Below are positions 18,301 through 27,056 of a DNA stretch of 56,939 bases, piece after piece. Numbering within the stretch: the first letter of the stretch is position 1; the number at the start of each line of letters is the position of its first letter. A model generated the notes under the pieces. It worked only from the letters and a program-made list of their open reading frames with translations, was not told where the DNA came from and searched no databases. The DNA lies in the NCBI GenBank assembly GCA_964521805.1, contig CAZFSE010000003.1, positions 1-56,939 on the forward strand, read 5' to 3'. The position numbers and the translations under genes are program-made. Source of the DNA: an uncultured Verrucomicrobiota bacterium. Its GTDB lineage: Bacteria > Verrucomicrobiota > Kiritimatiellia > CAIQIC01 > GWF2-57-35.

Positions 18301-19300
18301 GCAGATTGAGGACATCCAGGAGGTCATTGAAGTGGCCATCGGCGGCCTCCGCCTCACCACCACCGTGGAGGGAAGGAAGCGTTTCCCCGTTCGAGTCCGC
18401 TATCCACGTGAGCGGCGGGACCGCATCGAAACCCTGTCGCAGGTGCGGATTCCCACACCAGAGGGGGCCCAGATTCCCCTCGTACAACTGGCGGACATTC
18501 GCTACGTCCGCGGCCCCGAAGCCATCAAGAGCGAGGATACGTTCCTGATTGGTTATGTGCTCTTTGACATGAAGCCGGGCCAGGCCGAGGTGGATGTGGT
18601 GGAAGCCAGCCAGCGCTATCTGGAGGCCAAGATGGCATCAGGCGAGCTCGTCCTGCCCGCCGGAGTCTCCTACCGATTTGCCGGCAGTTATGAGAATCAG
18701 ATCCATGCCCAGAAGACGCTGGCGGTTGTCCTGCCGCTGACCCTGTTCATCATCTTCATGCTGATCTATTTTCAGTTCCGCTCCGTGATCACCACCTCGC
18801 TGGTCTTCGCCACGATCTTCGTCTGCTGGGCGGGTGGGCTTTTGTTGATCTGGCTGTACGGCCAGCCGTGGTTCCTCAACTTCACCCTGCTGGGCGTGGA
18901 CCCGCGCGCCCTGTTGCGTGTGAACCCGATCAACATGAGCATCGCGGTCTGGGTAGGCTTCCTGGCGCTGTTCGGCATTGCCTCCGACGATGCCGTCGTC
19001 ATCTGCACCTACCTGGATCAACGGTTTGAGAAGGTCAAGCCCGCCACGATTGCCGACATACGGGAAGCCACGGTCTATGCCGGAACACGCCGGATTCGTG
19101 CGTGCCTCATGACCACCGCCACGACCATCCTCGCGCTCCTGCCGGTGTTGACCTCAACGGGGCGGGGCTCGGACATCATGTTGCCGATGTCCCTGCCCGC
19201 CTTCGGAGGAATGGCCATCGAAGCCGTCACCTTGTTTATGGCGCCCGTCCTCTACTGCTGGATCCGGGAGTTGCGGCTGGCGAACCCGCCGCCCCGCTGA
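15389..19300 (+). CDS. cusA: CusA/CzcA-family heavy-metal RND efflux pump, long variant (~1303 aa)
   Basis: It begins MNDPSPTPSLLNRIIRFCLEQKLIVALMVLF and overlaps the cusB stop by 8 nt. AcrB/CusA-like segments occur throughout (DALPDIGENQQIV, FMPPLDEGSFLYMP, GIASDDAVV). It has extra hydrophobic segments and loop insertions relative to the ~1050-aa E. coli CusA. Confidence 0.85.
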   Translation: MNDPSPTPSLLNRIIRFCLEQKLIVALMVLFVIAWGVLVAPFDWTLGGLPRSPVAVDALPDIGENQQIVFSEWMGRSPRDVDDQVTYPLTVSLLGMPGVKTIRGSSMFGFSMVYVIFEEDVPFEAAQNRVIARLNGLPAGALPEGVKPALGPYATALGQIFWYTLEGRDPDGKPAGGWDLNELRALQDWTVRYHLQSAGGITEVASVGGFVQEYQIDVDPDALLAHDVSLEEVFSAVRRSNLDTGARQIELNQVEYLIRARGFIRSFEDIENTVVKVTQNVPIYVKTIARVVLGPAARDGALDKEGAEAVGGVVVVRHQYNPLKAIQNVKAKIAEIAPSLPMKAIVDHNQTGRIELETFAQAHGFEAYEGAEIKQEAWIPWLASTPRGQWPKGITTSQVTVVPFYDRTTLIYETLGTLNSALYEQILITTIVVILMASQLGLSLLISAVMPLAVLLAFIAMKLFGVEANIVSLAGIAIAIGTIVDMGIILCQNIIQHLEEAPPGESRLEVIYRATTEVGSAVLTAIATTVIGFLPVFFMTGPEGKLFKPLAFTKTFCLIGSVIIALTILPSAAHVLFSGKEWSGAKKRLWPAAMVLAGLAVGFWLHWWVAAGLLVAVGAYLWVSDDLPYRIKRFTPWMANALVVVAVGILLTNNWMPLGLQAGFARNFILVAVLIGGLLGSFHLLEHFYEPLLRWFLAHKLVFLAMPALIVLVGYTGWLGVHRTFGFLPDFVLNSRPGQALVHRFPGLGKEFMPPLDEGSFLYMPTTMPHASIGEALNIIQKQDLAIRAIPEIDSVVGKIGRAETALDPAPVNMIETVITYKTEYITGKDGRPISYRYDRRKKEFIRNSDGELIPDPNGRPFRQWRDSIRNPEDIWQEIVSAAQVPGSTTAPKLQPIAARIVMLQSGMRAPMGVKVKGPDLDSVERAGLAIERFLKEVPPVEPSAVIADRIIGKPYLEIDINREAIARYGLQIEDIQEVIEVAIGGLRLTTTVEGRKRFPVRVRYPRERRDRIETLSQVRIPTPEGAQIPLVQLADIRYVRGPEAIKSEDTFLIGYVLFDMKPGQAEVDVVEASQRYLEAKMASGELVLPAGVSYRFAGSYENQIHAQKTLAVVLPLTLFIIFMLIYFQFRSVITTSLVFATIFVCWAGGLLLIWLYGQPWFLNFTLLGVDPRALLRVNPINMSIAVWVGFLALFGIASDDAVVICTYLDQRFEKVKPATIADIREATVYAGTRRIRACLMTTATTILALLPVLTSTGRGSDIMLPMSLPAFGGMAIEAVTLFMAPVLYCWIRELRLANPPPR

Positions 19301-19407
19301 TCACTTCGGCGGCCTTTCACGATTTGCATAATGTTCGGAAGGCCTGGATTTGCCGCTTGAACCGCTCCCGGCAACGTGTAAACTTTGGGGCAGGAGAAAC
19401 GGAGCCC

Positions 19408-20532
19408 ATGTATTTGGAATGCGCGAAACCGGAAGTGATCCTCGGCAAGATCAATGAGTTGGACCTTCAGCCGGAAGAAGCCGTTCTACTCTTCATTGCA
19501 GAAAAATCCCAGCCAGATCTGAACGCGCTGGTTTCCATGCTGAAGGCCGGCAACATCCGTTTTCTGGGAGGGATTTTTCCTGGTGTGATTTATGGCCAAT
19601 TGCACATGGAGGGCGCCGTGGCGGTCCGGGTCCCTTCTGCTGGAGCGCCTCTGCTCATCCAGGATTTGAGCCGGCAAGTTCCGTTGCTATCAGCGGGGCA
19701 AGTTCGCACCCTTCAGGACATTCGTGACGGCAACAAACAAGCCACGGGCCTGATTCTGGTGGACGGACTGGCACCCCACATTTCCCTGTTGCTGAATGAG
19801 CTTCATGCGGCATCGGATCATGCGGTGCAATACCTCGGCGGAGGATGCGGGTCCCTGTCGCTACAGCCCATGCCCTGCCTTTTTACCGCGGAGGGGGTCT
19901 TCCAGAACGCGGCCGCCATTCTGCCCCTGAGCACCCAGTGCCTGGTGGGCATTCAACATGGCTGGCGGCGTCTGGCCGGGCCTTTCAAGGCCACGCGGAC
20001 CCACCAAAAGATCCTTCATGAATTGAATGGCCGTCCGGCCTTTGAGGTGTACCGGGAGGTCGTGGAAAAGGACGCTCAACGCACCCTTTCGCCGGAGGAT
20101 TTCTTTTCCATTGCCAAGGAATACCCCTTTGGCATGGTGCAGGAAAGCGACGAAGATGTGGTCCGGGATCCCATTGCGGTTGGGCCGAACGGAGAACTGA
20201 TCTGCATCGGCGACGTACCGGAGAATATCTCGTTAAACATTTTGAAAGGGCACAAAAGCGCCCTGATTGCCGCATCCGGACGGGCGGCGGGCGCCCTGTG
20301 CCGGAAAGAGGCCAAGATCATCCAGTGCCTGGCCTTCGATTGTGTCTCCCGATCCCTCTACCTCGATGCGGCCTACACCAAGGAATTGGAAATGATCCAT
20401 AATTCCCTGCATCTGCTGGGCGCTAACATGACGGTTAAAGGAGCCTTGAGCTTGGGCGAAATTGCCTCTTCGCTTCAGCATGGACTCTGCTTCTACAACA
20501 AGACCACCGTCATCGGCGGCCTCGCTTCATAA
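19408..20532 (+). CDS. FIST-domain (FIST_N/FIST_C-like) sensor protein, stand-alone
   Basis: 374 aa from the ATG at 19408 (MYLECAKPEVILGKI...). The overall pattern, including LGGGCGSL and GALSLGEIAS, resembles FIST proteins. The upstream part of the 476-aa track ORF overlaps cusA and is not protein-like. Confidence 0.5.
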   Translation: MYLECAKPEVILGKINELDLQPEEAVLLFIAEKSQPDLNALVSMLKAGNIRFLGGIFPGVIYGQLHMEGAVAVRVPSAGAPLLIQDLSRQVPLLSAGQVRTLQDIRDGNKQATGLILVDGLAPHISLLLNELHAASDHAVQYLGGGCGSLSLQPMPCLFTAEGVFQNAAAILPLSTQCLVGIQHGWRRLAGPFKATRTHQKILHELNGRPAFEVYREVVEKDAQRTLSPEDFFSIAKEYPFGMVQESDEDVVRDPIAVGPNGELICIGDVPENISLNILKGHKSALIAASGRAAGALCRKEAKIIQCLAFDCVSRSLYLDAAYTKELEMIHNSLHLLGANMTVKGALSLGEIASSLQHGLCFYNKTTVIGGLAS

Positions 20533-20738
20533 AGAGAAGCGGTTGATGGACTGTAAGACCCCGGCGACCGTGTGTCGCTGGCCCCGCCCGCCTCGTTCGC
20601 GGTTCTGTCCGTGCTCTTTCTTTGCACATTCTGCTGACGTCTTTGGATGCATTGCTCCATAAAAATAGCTCGCCTGGGTTTTGCAATCGTATTTGACCTT
20701 TAGGCGGTATCCCGTAATGTATCCACGTTTTTGAAAGG

Positions 20739-21338
20739 ATGAATGAAGTGAACACACGCCGTCTGGATTTGGAGGCCATCGTGGGCTTGGTGAGCGAGGG
20801 GTCGCGCGTCCTGGATTTGGGATGCGGCGACGGCGCTTTGCTCGCCCGCCTGGTCGAGTCCAAGAACGTGGTGGCGCGCGGCGTGGAGATCAGCGAGGAC
20901 AACGTGCGCGCCTGTATTGCCCGGGGTCTGTCCGTTCGGCATGGGAATATTGAGGAGGGCTTGGCGGATTACCGGGATGGCGCTTTTGATTCTGTCATTC
21001 TCAGCCAGACCCTGGCCTACCTCAACCAGCCAGAAGGGGTTTTGCGCGAGATGTTGCGCGTCGGCCATGCGGCCATCATCTCCTTTGAAAATGCCGGCCA
21101 CTGGAAGTTGCGCCTTCGCGCTTTGCGGGGCAACGGCATGGGCAATACCCTGTGCTCCGGAGAGCCCCGCGCCCGCTCCATCACGCTGGTGCAGTTCGAG
21201 GAGTTCAGCCAGCAGATTGATGCCCGCATCGAGCAGGCCGTTCTTCTCTCGGGATCCGACCGGGTGCGCCACCTGCCCCATCTGCTGGCCACCAATGCCG
21301 TCTATGTGCTGTGCCGCCAAGCTCCTCTGACCGGCTGA
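20739..21338 (+). CDS. metW: MetW-like SAM-dependent methyltransferase-fold protein (methionine biosynthesis MetW family)
   Basis: Strong resemblance to Pseudomonas MetW as I recall it: SRVLDLGCGDGALLARL, GVEISEDNVRACIARGLSV, FDSVILSQTLAYLNQPEGVLREMLRVG, IISFENAGHW. Confidence 0.75.
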   Translation: MNEVNTRRLDLEAIVGLVSEGSRVLDLGCGDGALLARLVESKNVVARGVEISEDNVRACIARGLSVRHGNIEEGLADYRDGAFDSVILSQTLAYLNQPEGVLREMLRVGHAAIISFENAGHWKLRLRALRGNGMGNTLCSGEPRARSITLVQFEEFSQQIDARIEQAVLLSGSDRVRHLPHLLATNAVYVLCRQAPLTG

Positions 21339-21354
21339 AGAAGCCTTCTCTTCC

Positions 21355-22371
21355 TCATCCCTTGGGAAACAGCACGCGTCCCCCGGCGCCGGAGCTGGCG
21401 CGCACAATGAGCTCCGTGGGAAGAATCACGTTCGGCTCGATGGGCTTTCCGTCAATGAGTTCCAAGGCAAGCCGGGCGGCAGAGCGGCCCAATTCGCGCA
21501 GGGGAACCCGGATGGTGCTCAGGCCGATGAAATGAGAGATGTCCACATCATCGAACCCCACCAGCGCCACGGATTCGGGAACACCGCGTCCGTGCCGGGC
21601 CAGCTCTTCCATGGCGCCAATGGCCATTTCGTCGTTGCCCGCAAAAATGCCATCGAACTCCAGGCCCGATTGAATGGCTTGCAGGACGGCCTTGGCGCCC
21701 CCTTCACGGCTGAACGCACCGGGAAATTCGCGCCGGGCCTCCACCGCCAGCCCCGCCGACTCCAAGGCGGATCGAAACCCGCGGCTTCGTTCATCGGCGT
21801 CGGTATTGCCTTCCGCTCCGCGGAGATGAATCAACCGGCGGCGGCCCTGTTCAATCAAGTGGCGGGTGGCGCGGATAGCGCCGTCCATGTTATCAAACAA
21901 CACAGAGGGAACCGTGCTGACGGGCGATTTTTGCGCCACGCAGACCATGGGAAGATTCCATTCGGAAAGCGACACGACCTGTTGATCACTCAAGGTGGAA
22001 GCCACCGTGACCACCGCATCCACGCGGCGGTTGCGGATCAGTTTTTCCACGGTGGAGGTGTGTGGGCGCGCGCCTCCGAGAAAGACGACCAGCACATGGT
22101 ACCCATGCTGGCTGGCAATCTCATCCATGCCGGCGATGATTTCTGGGAACACACCGCCGACAATGTCGGGGAGCGTGATCGCCAGGGTTTCCGTGGTGTT
22201 GCGCGTCAACGAACGCGCGATGAAATTTGGAGCATAACGCATTTCCTTGATGGCCTTGAGCACCATATCCTTTGTCCGCTGGTTCACCAAGGGGCTGTCA
22301 TTAATGACGCGAGAAACGGTACTACGCGACACCCCGCATTGCCGTCCAACATCTTCCAAAGTTACTGCCAT
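21355..22371 (-). CDS. LacI-family transcriptional regulator
   Basis: N-terminal HTH VTLEDVGRQCGVSRSTVSRVINDSPLVNQRTKDMVLKAIKEMRYAPN plus a periplasmic-binding-fold body. I prefer the ATG at 22371 over the GTG at 22377. Confidence 0.9.
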   Translation of the reverse strand: MAVTLEDVGRQCGVSRSTVSRVINDSPLVNQRTKDMVLKAIKEMRYAPNFIARSLTRNTTETLAITLPDIVGGVFPEIIAGMDEIASQHGYHVLVVFLGGARPHTSTVEKLIRNRRVDAVVTVASTLSDQQVVSLSEWNLPMVCVAQKSPVSTVPSVLFDNMDGAIRATRHLIEQGRRRLIHLRGAEGNTDADERSRGFRSALESAGLAVEARREFPGAFSREGGAKAVLQAIQSGLEFDGIFAGNDEMAIGAMEELARHGRGVPESVALVGFDDVDISHFIGLSTIRVPLRELGRSAARLALELIDGKPIEPNVILPTELIVRASSGAGGRVLFPKG

Positions 22372-22496
22372 AAACACCTACTTTATTTTTTTATTGCAAC
22401 CGCTCACATATTCTGAAATTATCTTATTCATTGAAACATATGCAAGAAAAACTTTTTTTGTAAACTAGCACAGTCAAAAACAGAAGGACAATCAAA

Positions 22497-24923
22497 ATGT
22501 TAAAGAGCACAAAGCCGTCAGTCACCGCAAAAGTATCAAAAACTTCGATCAGCTTATCGGGTAAGGAAACGTTCATATACTCCGGAGAGGTGCATTATTT
22601 CAGAATTCCAAAAAAATTCTGGGCAAAACATCTCCAAGCGCTGGTTGATGCAGGTTGCAATGCTGTTTCAACCTATGTTCCCTGGTCTTGGCACGAATTT
22701 AAGGAAGGCCAATTCGACATTACCGGCAAGACGCATCCTGAAAGAGATGTACTCGGTTTCACAAACTTGGCGCGAAAGCATGGCCTGTATGTAACACTCA
22801 AGCCCGGCCCTTATGTCATGGCGGAAACTACGGACCAGGGAATCCCCCGCTGGTTGACGGACACGTATCCAGATACGCTGGCGCGCAATCACGATGGCTC
22901 GTTCTGGGGCCCCGAATATGTCGGGCTATCCAATCCGCTCTTCCGTGAAAAGGCCGCGCGCTGGCTGGATCTTTTTTCCCGGCGCGTCGTTGTGCCCAAT
23001 CAGAACCACAAGAGCGGCGCGGTCATCATGATGCAATTGTGCAATGAGATTGGAATCTTCCAATGGCTGGGCGCACATGGGGATTACTCCGCCGCCTCCC
23101 TGAAAACCTGGCAGGATTATCTTCGCGTGCATTTCCCCACGCTATCGGATCTGGCCGCTCTGCTGGACCGTGAATTGAAGGACTACGCGGAAGTGGCCCC
23201 GCCGTTTGAGAACTGCGAGACCCGCCGCCAGTTCGTGCTTTACCGCCTCTGGCATGATTATCACCGCTGGCTGTATGCCGACTACGTGGTGTTCCTCCAT
23301 CAGACCCTGCGCTCCGCCGGGGTCCAGGTTCCGCTGTTCACCAACATCGGAGGCTGGGTCTTTGGGCGGGCGCACGAATTTGCGCTCAACGGCACCTTCC
23401 ACCGCGAGACCTCCAAGAAAATTCCGGACCTGCTGTTCGGGCTCGACCACATTCCGGAAATTGTCTCGCCCAATAACATGCATGACGGCGTCATCGCCAA
23501 TCAAACCGCCCGCGAACTCCAGCGGCGCCAGGGGCCGCTGTATTCCGCGGAGTTGCAGTGCGGAAGCCGCGAGCACGGCGTCCAGCCCTATCCCAATGAG
23601 CTGGGCCTCTTCTACCGGCATTGCATCATTCACGGCCTCACCGCCATGAATTTCTACATGTTCTCCCAGGGCCGCAACCCCAAGGGCCGCGGTGTGGATG
23701 GCCCCATGTTCTATTGGTACAACGCCGTGGACTACAAAGGCGTTCACCAGCCCTCCTTCCCCATGATCCAAACCCTGGGCCGCTGGCTGAAGGAGAACGG
23801 CGATCTCATCGTCCAGACCGAGCGCCCGGCCGGGCTCGCCGTGGGCTTCTATCCGCCCCTCTACGAGACGGAATTCCTGGTCCCCATCCTGGGCAAGGGC
23901 ACCAAGCTCAATCCCGGCAAGCTGGGCCTGAGCGTGGATCCCGTGGGCTTCCGCGACCGCGCCTACTTTGATGGCGTCCTGCGCATTCTGATGAAGAAGA
24001 GCATCCCCTTTGACCTGGCCGATCTGACCCTGCGCTCGCAGAAGGAACTCCTGCAGTACAAACGGCTGGTGGTCCTCTCCAATGAGCTGATGGATCCCCA
24101 GACACAAACCCGCCTCGCGGACTTCGTGAAGGCCGGCGGCGAACTGGTGCTCTTCCCCATGCTTCCGTCCTATGACCTGGAGTTCCGCCCCTGCACCATC
24201 CTGAAAGAGGCGCTGGGCATCCAGACCCTCGGACAAGGGCGCTCAAACCGGATTTACATGGACGGGCTCAAAGACATTCCCGTGCCGTCCCTGCCCCTGC
24301 TGATAAACGAGAAAGGCGCGAAAGCCATCGCCCGAGACGCCGATGGACGCGTGACCGGCATCGAGAAGAAAGTGGGCAAGGGCTCCGTGCGCTTCTTCGG
24401 CTTCTTCTTATTCTACAGCATTGAGGAGCATCCGGCGCTCTGGAGCGCCATGATGAAGCTGGGCGATGCGCCCCGCTCCGTCAGCGCGGACAACGACAAT
24501 CTCAATCTCGAAGCCCGCTACGCAGACAAGGAAGGCGTGCTCTTTGTGGGCAACTTCCATCGCATGCCCATGAGCTCCACCATCAGCGTTCAAGCCCCCC
24601 GCGGCGGAACCCTGAAGATTGGAACCGTCGAACTGCCCGGACAAAGCGGCCTGTTGCTTCCCTTGCAGGCCCGCCTCACCCCGGCCATGACGCTGGACTA
24701 TGCGCTGGGCGAACTCGTGGGCAAGAGCGCTTCGGCGAGCGGCGCCCGGCTGGTTCTGCGAGGTCTGAAGGACATGCCCGGACGCCTGCAACTCCGGAGC
24801 AAGCGCCCCATTCAATTCATCAAGGTGGATGGCGAACCCATTCCCTTTGACCGGTCCGGGGATGCCATCCTGGCGCAGTACATCCAGAATGGAGAAGATC
24901 AAGTCGTCGAAGTGAAGTGCTAA
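22497..24923 (+). CDS. Glycoside hydrolase family 35-like beta-galactosidase
   Basis: 808 aa. GH35-like N-terminal TIM barrel: GEVHYFRIPKKFWAKHLQALVDAGCNAVSTYVPWSWHE, LKPGPYVMAE, QLCNEIG (acid/base region). Confidence 0.7.
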   Translation: MLKSTKPSVTAKVSKTSISLSGKETFIYSGEVHYFRIPKKFWAKHLQALVDAGCNAVSTYVPWSWHEFKEGQFDITGKTHPERDVLGFTNLARKHGLYVTLKPGPYVMAETTDQGIPRWLTDTYPDTLARNHDGSFWGPEYVGLSNPLFREKAARWLDLFSRRVVVPNQNHKSGAVIMMQLCNEIGIFQWLGAHGDYSAASLKTWQDYLRVHFPTLSDLAALLDRELKDYAEVAPPFENCETRRQFVLYRLWHDYHRWLYADYVVFLHQTLRSAGVQVPLFTNIGGWVFGRAHEFALNGTFHRETSKKIPDLLFGLDHIPEIVSPNNMHDGVIANQTARELQRRQGPLYSAELQCGSREHGVQPYPNELGLFYRHCIIHGLTAMNFYMFSQGRNPKGRGVDGPMFYWYNAVDYKGVHQPSFPMIQTLGRWLKENGDLIVQTERPAGLAVGFYPPLYETEFLVPILGKGTKLNPGKLGLSVDPVGFRDRAYFDGVLRILMKKSIPFDLADLTLRSQKELLQYKRLVVLSNELMDPQTQTRLADFVKAGGELVLFPMLPSYDLEFRPCTILKEALGIQTLGQGRSNRIYMDGLKDIPVPSLPLLINEKGAKAIARDADGRVTGIEKKVGKGSVRFFGFFLFYSIEEHPALWSAMMKLGDAPRSVSADNDNLNLEARYADKEGVLFVGNFHRMPMSSTISVQAPRGGTLKIGTVELPGQSGLLLPLQARLTPAMTLDYALGELVGKSASASGARLVLRGLKDMPGRLQLRSKRPIQFIKVDGEPIPFDRSGDAILAQYIQNGEDQVVEVKC

Positions 24924-24944
24924 AAATCACGCGAAGATTCCCCA

Positions 24945-24985
24945 GGGACAGGCGGGCACCCGGCCCGCCTGTCCCTTCTTTATGT
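24945..24985 (+). terminator. Rho-independent terminator candidate after GH35
   Basis: A 12-bp GC-rich stem, gggacaggcggg (24945..24956) / cccgcctgtccc (24964..24975), followed by ttctttatgtt. Confidence 0.6.
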
Positions 24986-25024
24986 TCATAAAGAAACGGC
25001 ACGAATGCGGATGACAGGCAGGAA

Positions 25025-25128
25025 AGCAGGAAGTGCCGCGTTTATTGCCTTCCCGTGGGGGGCATGGTAGCCCCAGCCTTATGCACCCCGGCGCAAGGCC
25101 GGGGGATTCGGATGGCGAAACCGCAGGG
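25025..25128 (+). repeat. Copy A of a ~100-nt intergenic repeat (candidate structured RNA / REP-like element)
   Basis: By eye it is ~85-90% identical to 51621..51726 over the ~90-nt core, in the same orientation. The shared core is gcgtttattgccttcc..ggggcatggt.gccccagccttat.caccccggcgcaaggcc.(g/a)gggattcggatgg. It contains several hairpin-forming segments. Confidence 0.7.
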
Positions 25129-25166
25129 CCAAAATCTGTTCGGCCTCTTTTTCTGGAAGGGTACCT

Positions 25167-27056
25167 TCACAACCTGAAATTGACCCAGGGTTCGGAATTG
25201 GTAAACCCGGAGGAAGGAACCACCACATGAGCGTCCCCATTGCCGGTGGAAATGACATAGGCGTTTGTCGATGCCACACTGCGAACGCTGTTGCGCACAA
25301 TGAAATTTCCGCCTAAAATCGCGACGATGCCGACGTCATTGTAGCTTAGAAGGTTGGAGTCAAGGCGGTTGTTGGCTCCAGAGGTACGGATTCCAGCCCC
25401 ATCGCCAAATTGTCCATTAAAAGAAAACTGGCTGTTGAAAATCAGGCAGTCTCGGTGGGCTTTCAGTCCGTCCGCCCAGTTGTACATGGACACGCAATCG
25501 TCCACCAAGCATCCGACGCTGATGGAAAACCCATTGCTGTGGTTATAGGTGGATGAGCATTCCGTCAGGATGGATTGGTCCTCGGCTTCGATGCCCGTCC
25601 CGACATTTCCATTCGCCTTGCAACCCTTAAGGTTGGCGCGGGCCGCGCTAATCCCAACCCCCGAATTATATAGGGCTGAGCAATCGTTGATTGTGCCCCC
25701 GCTTCCCCCTAAATACAATCCCGCCGCAGCGTTGTATTGGAAGCCACAGCGTTCGATCAGGCCCCCATCGCCAGTACAATAAATGCCATAGTTGTTTGTA
25801 ATGGCCTGGACATCGGAAACCATTGTGCCAACACCCTCAGCACGCAACCCGGCCCCAGCCCCACCGATGCTTGCCACCCAGTTGACGAGCATTCCGTTCC
25901 GCACTCGCAGGGTGCGGAATGCGGAATCCTGGAATATGCCACTCAAGCTTCCAAGGCCAGGCCCGGTCAGCGCGTGGCCCCCCAAGTCGATGGTCACGTC
26001 GTTGGCGTTGACCATGATGCCGTTTACGCCGGTCTGCGTGCAGGTCAATGATCCGGCCAGCCGGATGGAACAAGGCCAAGCGATGGTTTGCGGAATCTCA
26101 CCGAGCAGAAGGTTCAGCTGGTTGTCGGGGCCGAAGTCGTAGTTGTTGGTGTTGCCCGCGACCATGTTGTCGGCCACGTAGTTGCCGGATCCGTAAACGT
26201 CCAGCCCTTTGCTGTTGCCGGTCGTGGTATTGCCTTCGATGCGGTTCCGCAGGCATCCCGCGGTGGCCTTAATGCCGCTCGACGTATTCCCTGAGGCTTG
26301 GCAATTCTTGATCGTGTTCCCACTGCAGGAGCCCCCGGTGCCCAGCAGATAGATGCCGCCAATCCCATTCCGGCTGGCCGTCACGTTCTGAACCACGTTT
26401 CCATCGCACTGCGCGCTTCCACTGCCGTCCAGTGCAACTCCATATTGCCCATTTTGCGCAACCAGGCAGTCTTCAACGCGGTTGTCGTTGCAGTGGTTCG
26501 CCACGCTGTAACTGCTGAAGAAAATACCATTCCCGGCATTGCCATAAACCGTGCAATGTTCGATGTGATTTTCGCTCGCGGGCGCGCCGTTGCCCATGAA
26601 GTAGATCCCATGCCAGGCATTGCTCTCCACAACGAGATCCGCCAGCACGCTCCCACGGACGCCTTCCCATTGGATGCCGATGCCAAACCCTCGGATGGTT
26701 CCGTTTCTTACGCTCAGCGTTCGCAGGGCGCCGGACGTGGGTTCGACCAGGATGCCAGTGCCCGTGCCCTCCCCGCCCATGGCAAAGCCCATCAGGTCAA
26801 TGGCCACATTGCCGCAGGTCACCACAATGCCATTGCCCAGGCTCGTCAGATTGCCGGCCAGATAATACGACCCCGGCGAAGTGATGGTGTACGGCAGGCT
26901 TTCGATGGGAGTGCGTGGCTCGATCTGGGCCAGCGTCTTCATGGTGGCGCCGGGCGCGCCGGGAGGGGTGAGGGAACCCTGCGCAAAAGCGGCAGGAACG
27001 GAAAGCGCAACGCAAGCGAACACAGATAGCAAGCGAACTTGAATCTTCATGCCCAT
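25167..27056 (-). CDS. Secreted right-handed parallel beta-helix repeat protein
   Basis: 629 aa. Signal peptide MGMKIQVRLLSVFACVALSVPAAFA. Many PbH1-like repeats are present (NGIYFMGNG, NGIFFSS, GIYLLGTGGSCSGNTIKNCQASGNTSSGI, etc.). Confidence 0.8.
   Translation of the reverse strand: MGMKIQVRLLSVFACVALSVPAAFAQGSLTPPGAPGATMKTLAQIEPRTPIESLPYTITSPGSYYLAGNLTSLGNGIVVTCGNVAIDLMGFAMGGEGTGTGILVEPTSGALRTLSVRNGTIRGFGIGIQWEGVRGSVLADLVVESNAWHGIYFMGNGAPASENHIEHCTVYGNAGNGIFFSSYSVANHCNDNRVEDCLVAQNGQYGVALDGSGSAQCDGNVVQNVTASRNGIGGIYLLGTGGSCSGNTIKNCQASGNTSSGIKATAGCLRNRIEGNTTTGNSKGLDVYGSGNYVADNMVAGNTNNYDFGPDNQLNLLLGEIPQTIAWPCSIRLAGSLTCTQTGVNGIMVNANDVTIDLGGHALTGPGLGSLSGIFQDSAFRTLRVRNGMLVNWVASIGGAGAGLRAEGVGTMVSDVQAITNNYGIYCTGDGGLIERCGFQYNAAAGLYLGGSGGTINDCSALYNSGVGISAARANLKGCKANGNVGTGIEAEDQSILTECSSTYNHSNGFSISVGCLVDDCVSMYNWADGLKAHRDCLIFNSQFSFNGQFGDGAGIRTSGANNRLDSNLLSYNDVGIVAILGGNFIVRNSVRSVASTNAYVISTGNGDAHVVVPSSGFTNSEPWVNFRL

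Noticed and set aside
20533-20738. I considered a possible SAM riboswitch in the ~200-nt leader of metW.
   Set aside because: I could not recognise the conserved SAM-I core or a convincing SAM-II/SAM-V pseudoknot (only vague AAAAAUAGCU / UUUUGCAA pieces). An Infernal/Rfam scan would be needed. Not reported as a feature.
25033-25230. The ORF 25033..25230(+) and its apparent paralogue 51608..51829(+) look like a duplicated small protein.
   Set aside because: The similarity comes from the shared ~100-nt DNA repeat. Indels between the two copies shift the frame, so no common peptide is preserved. I treated them as a non-coding repeat.
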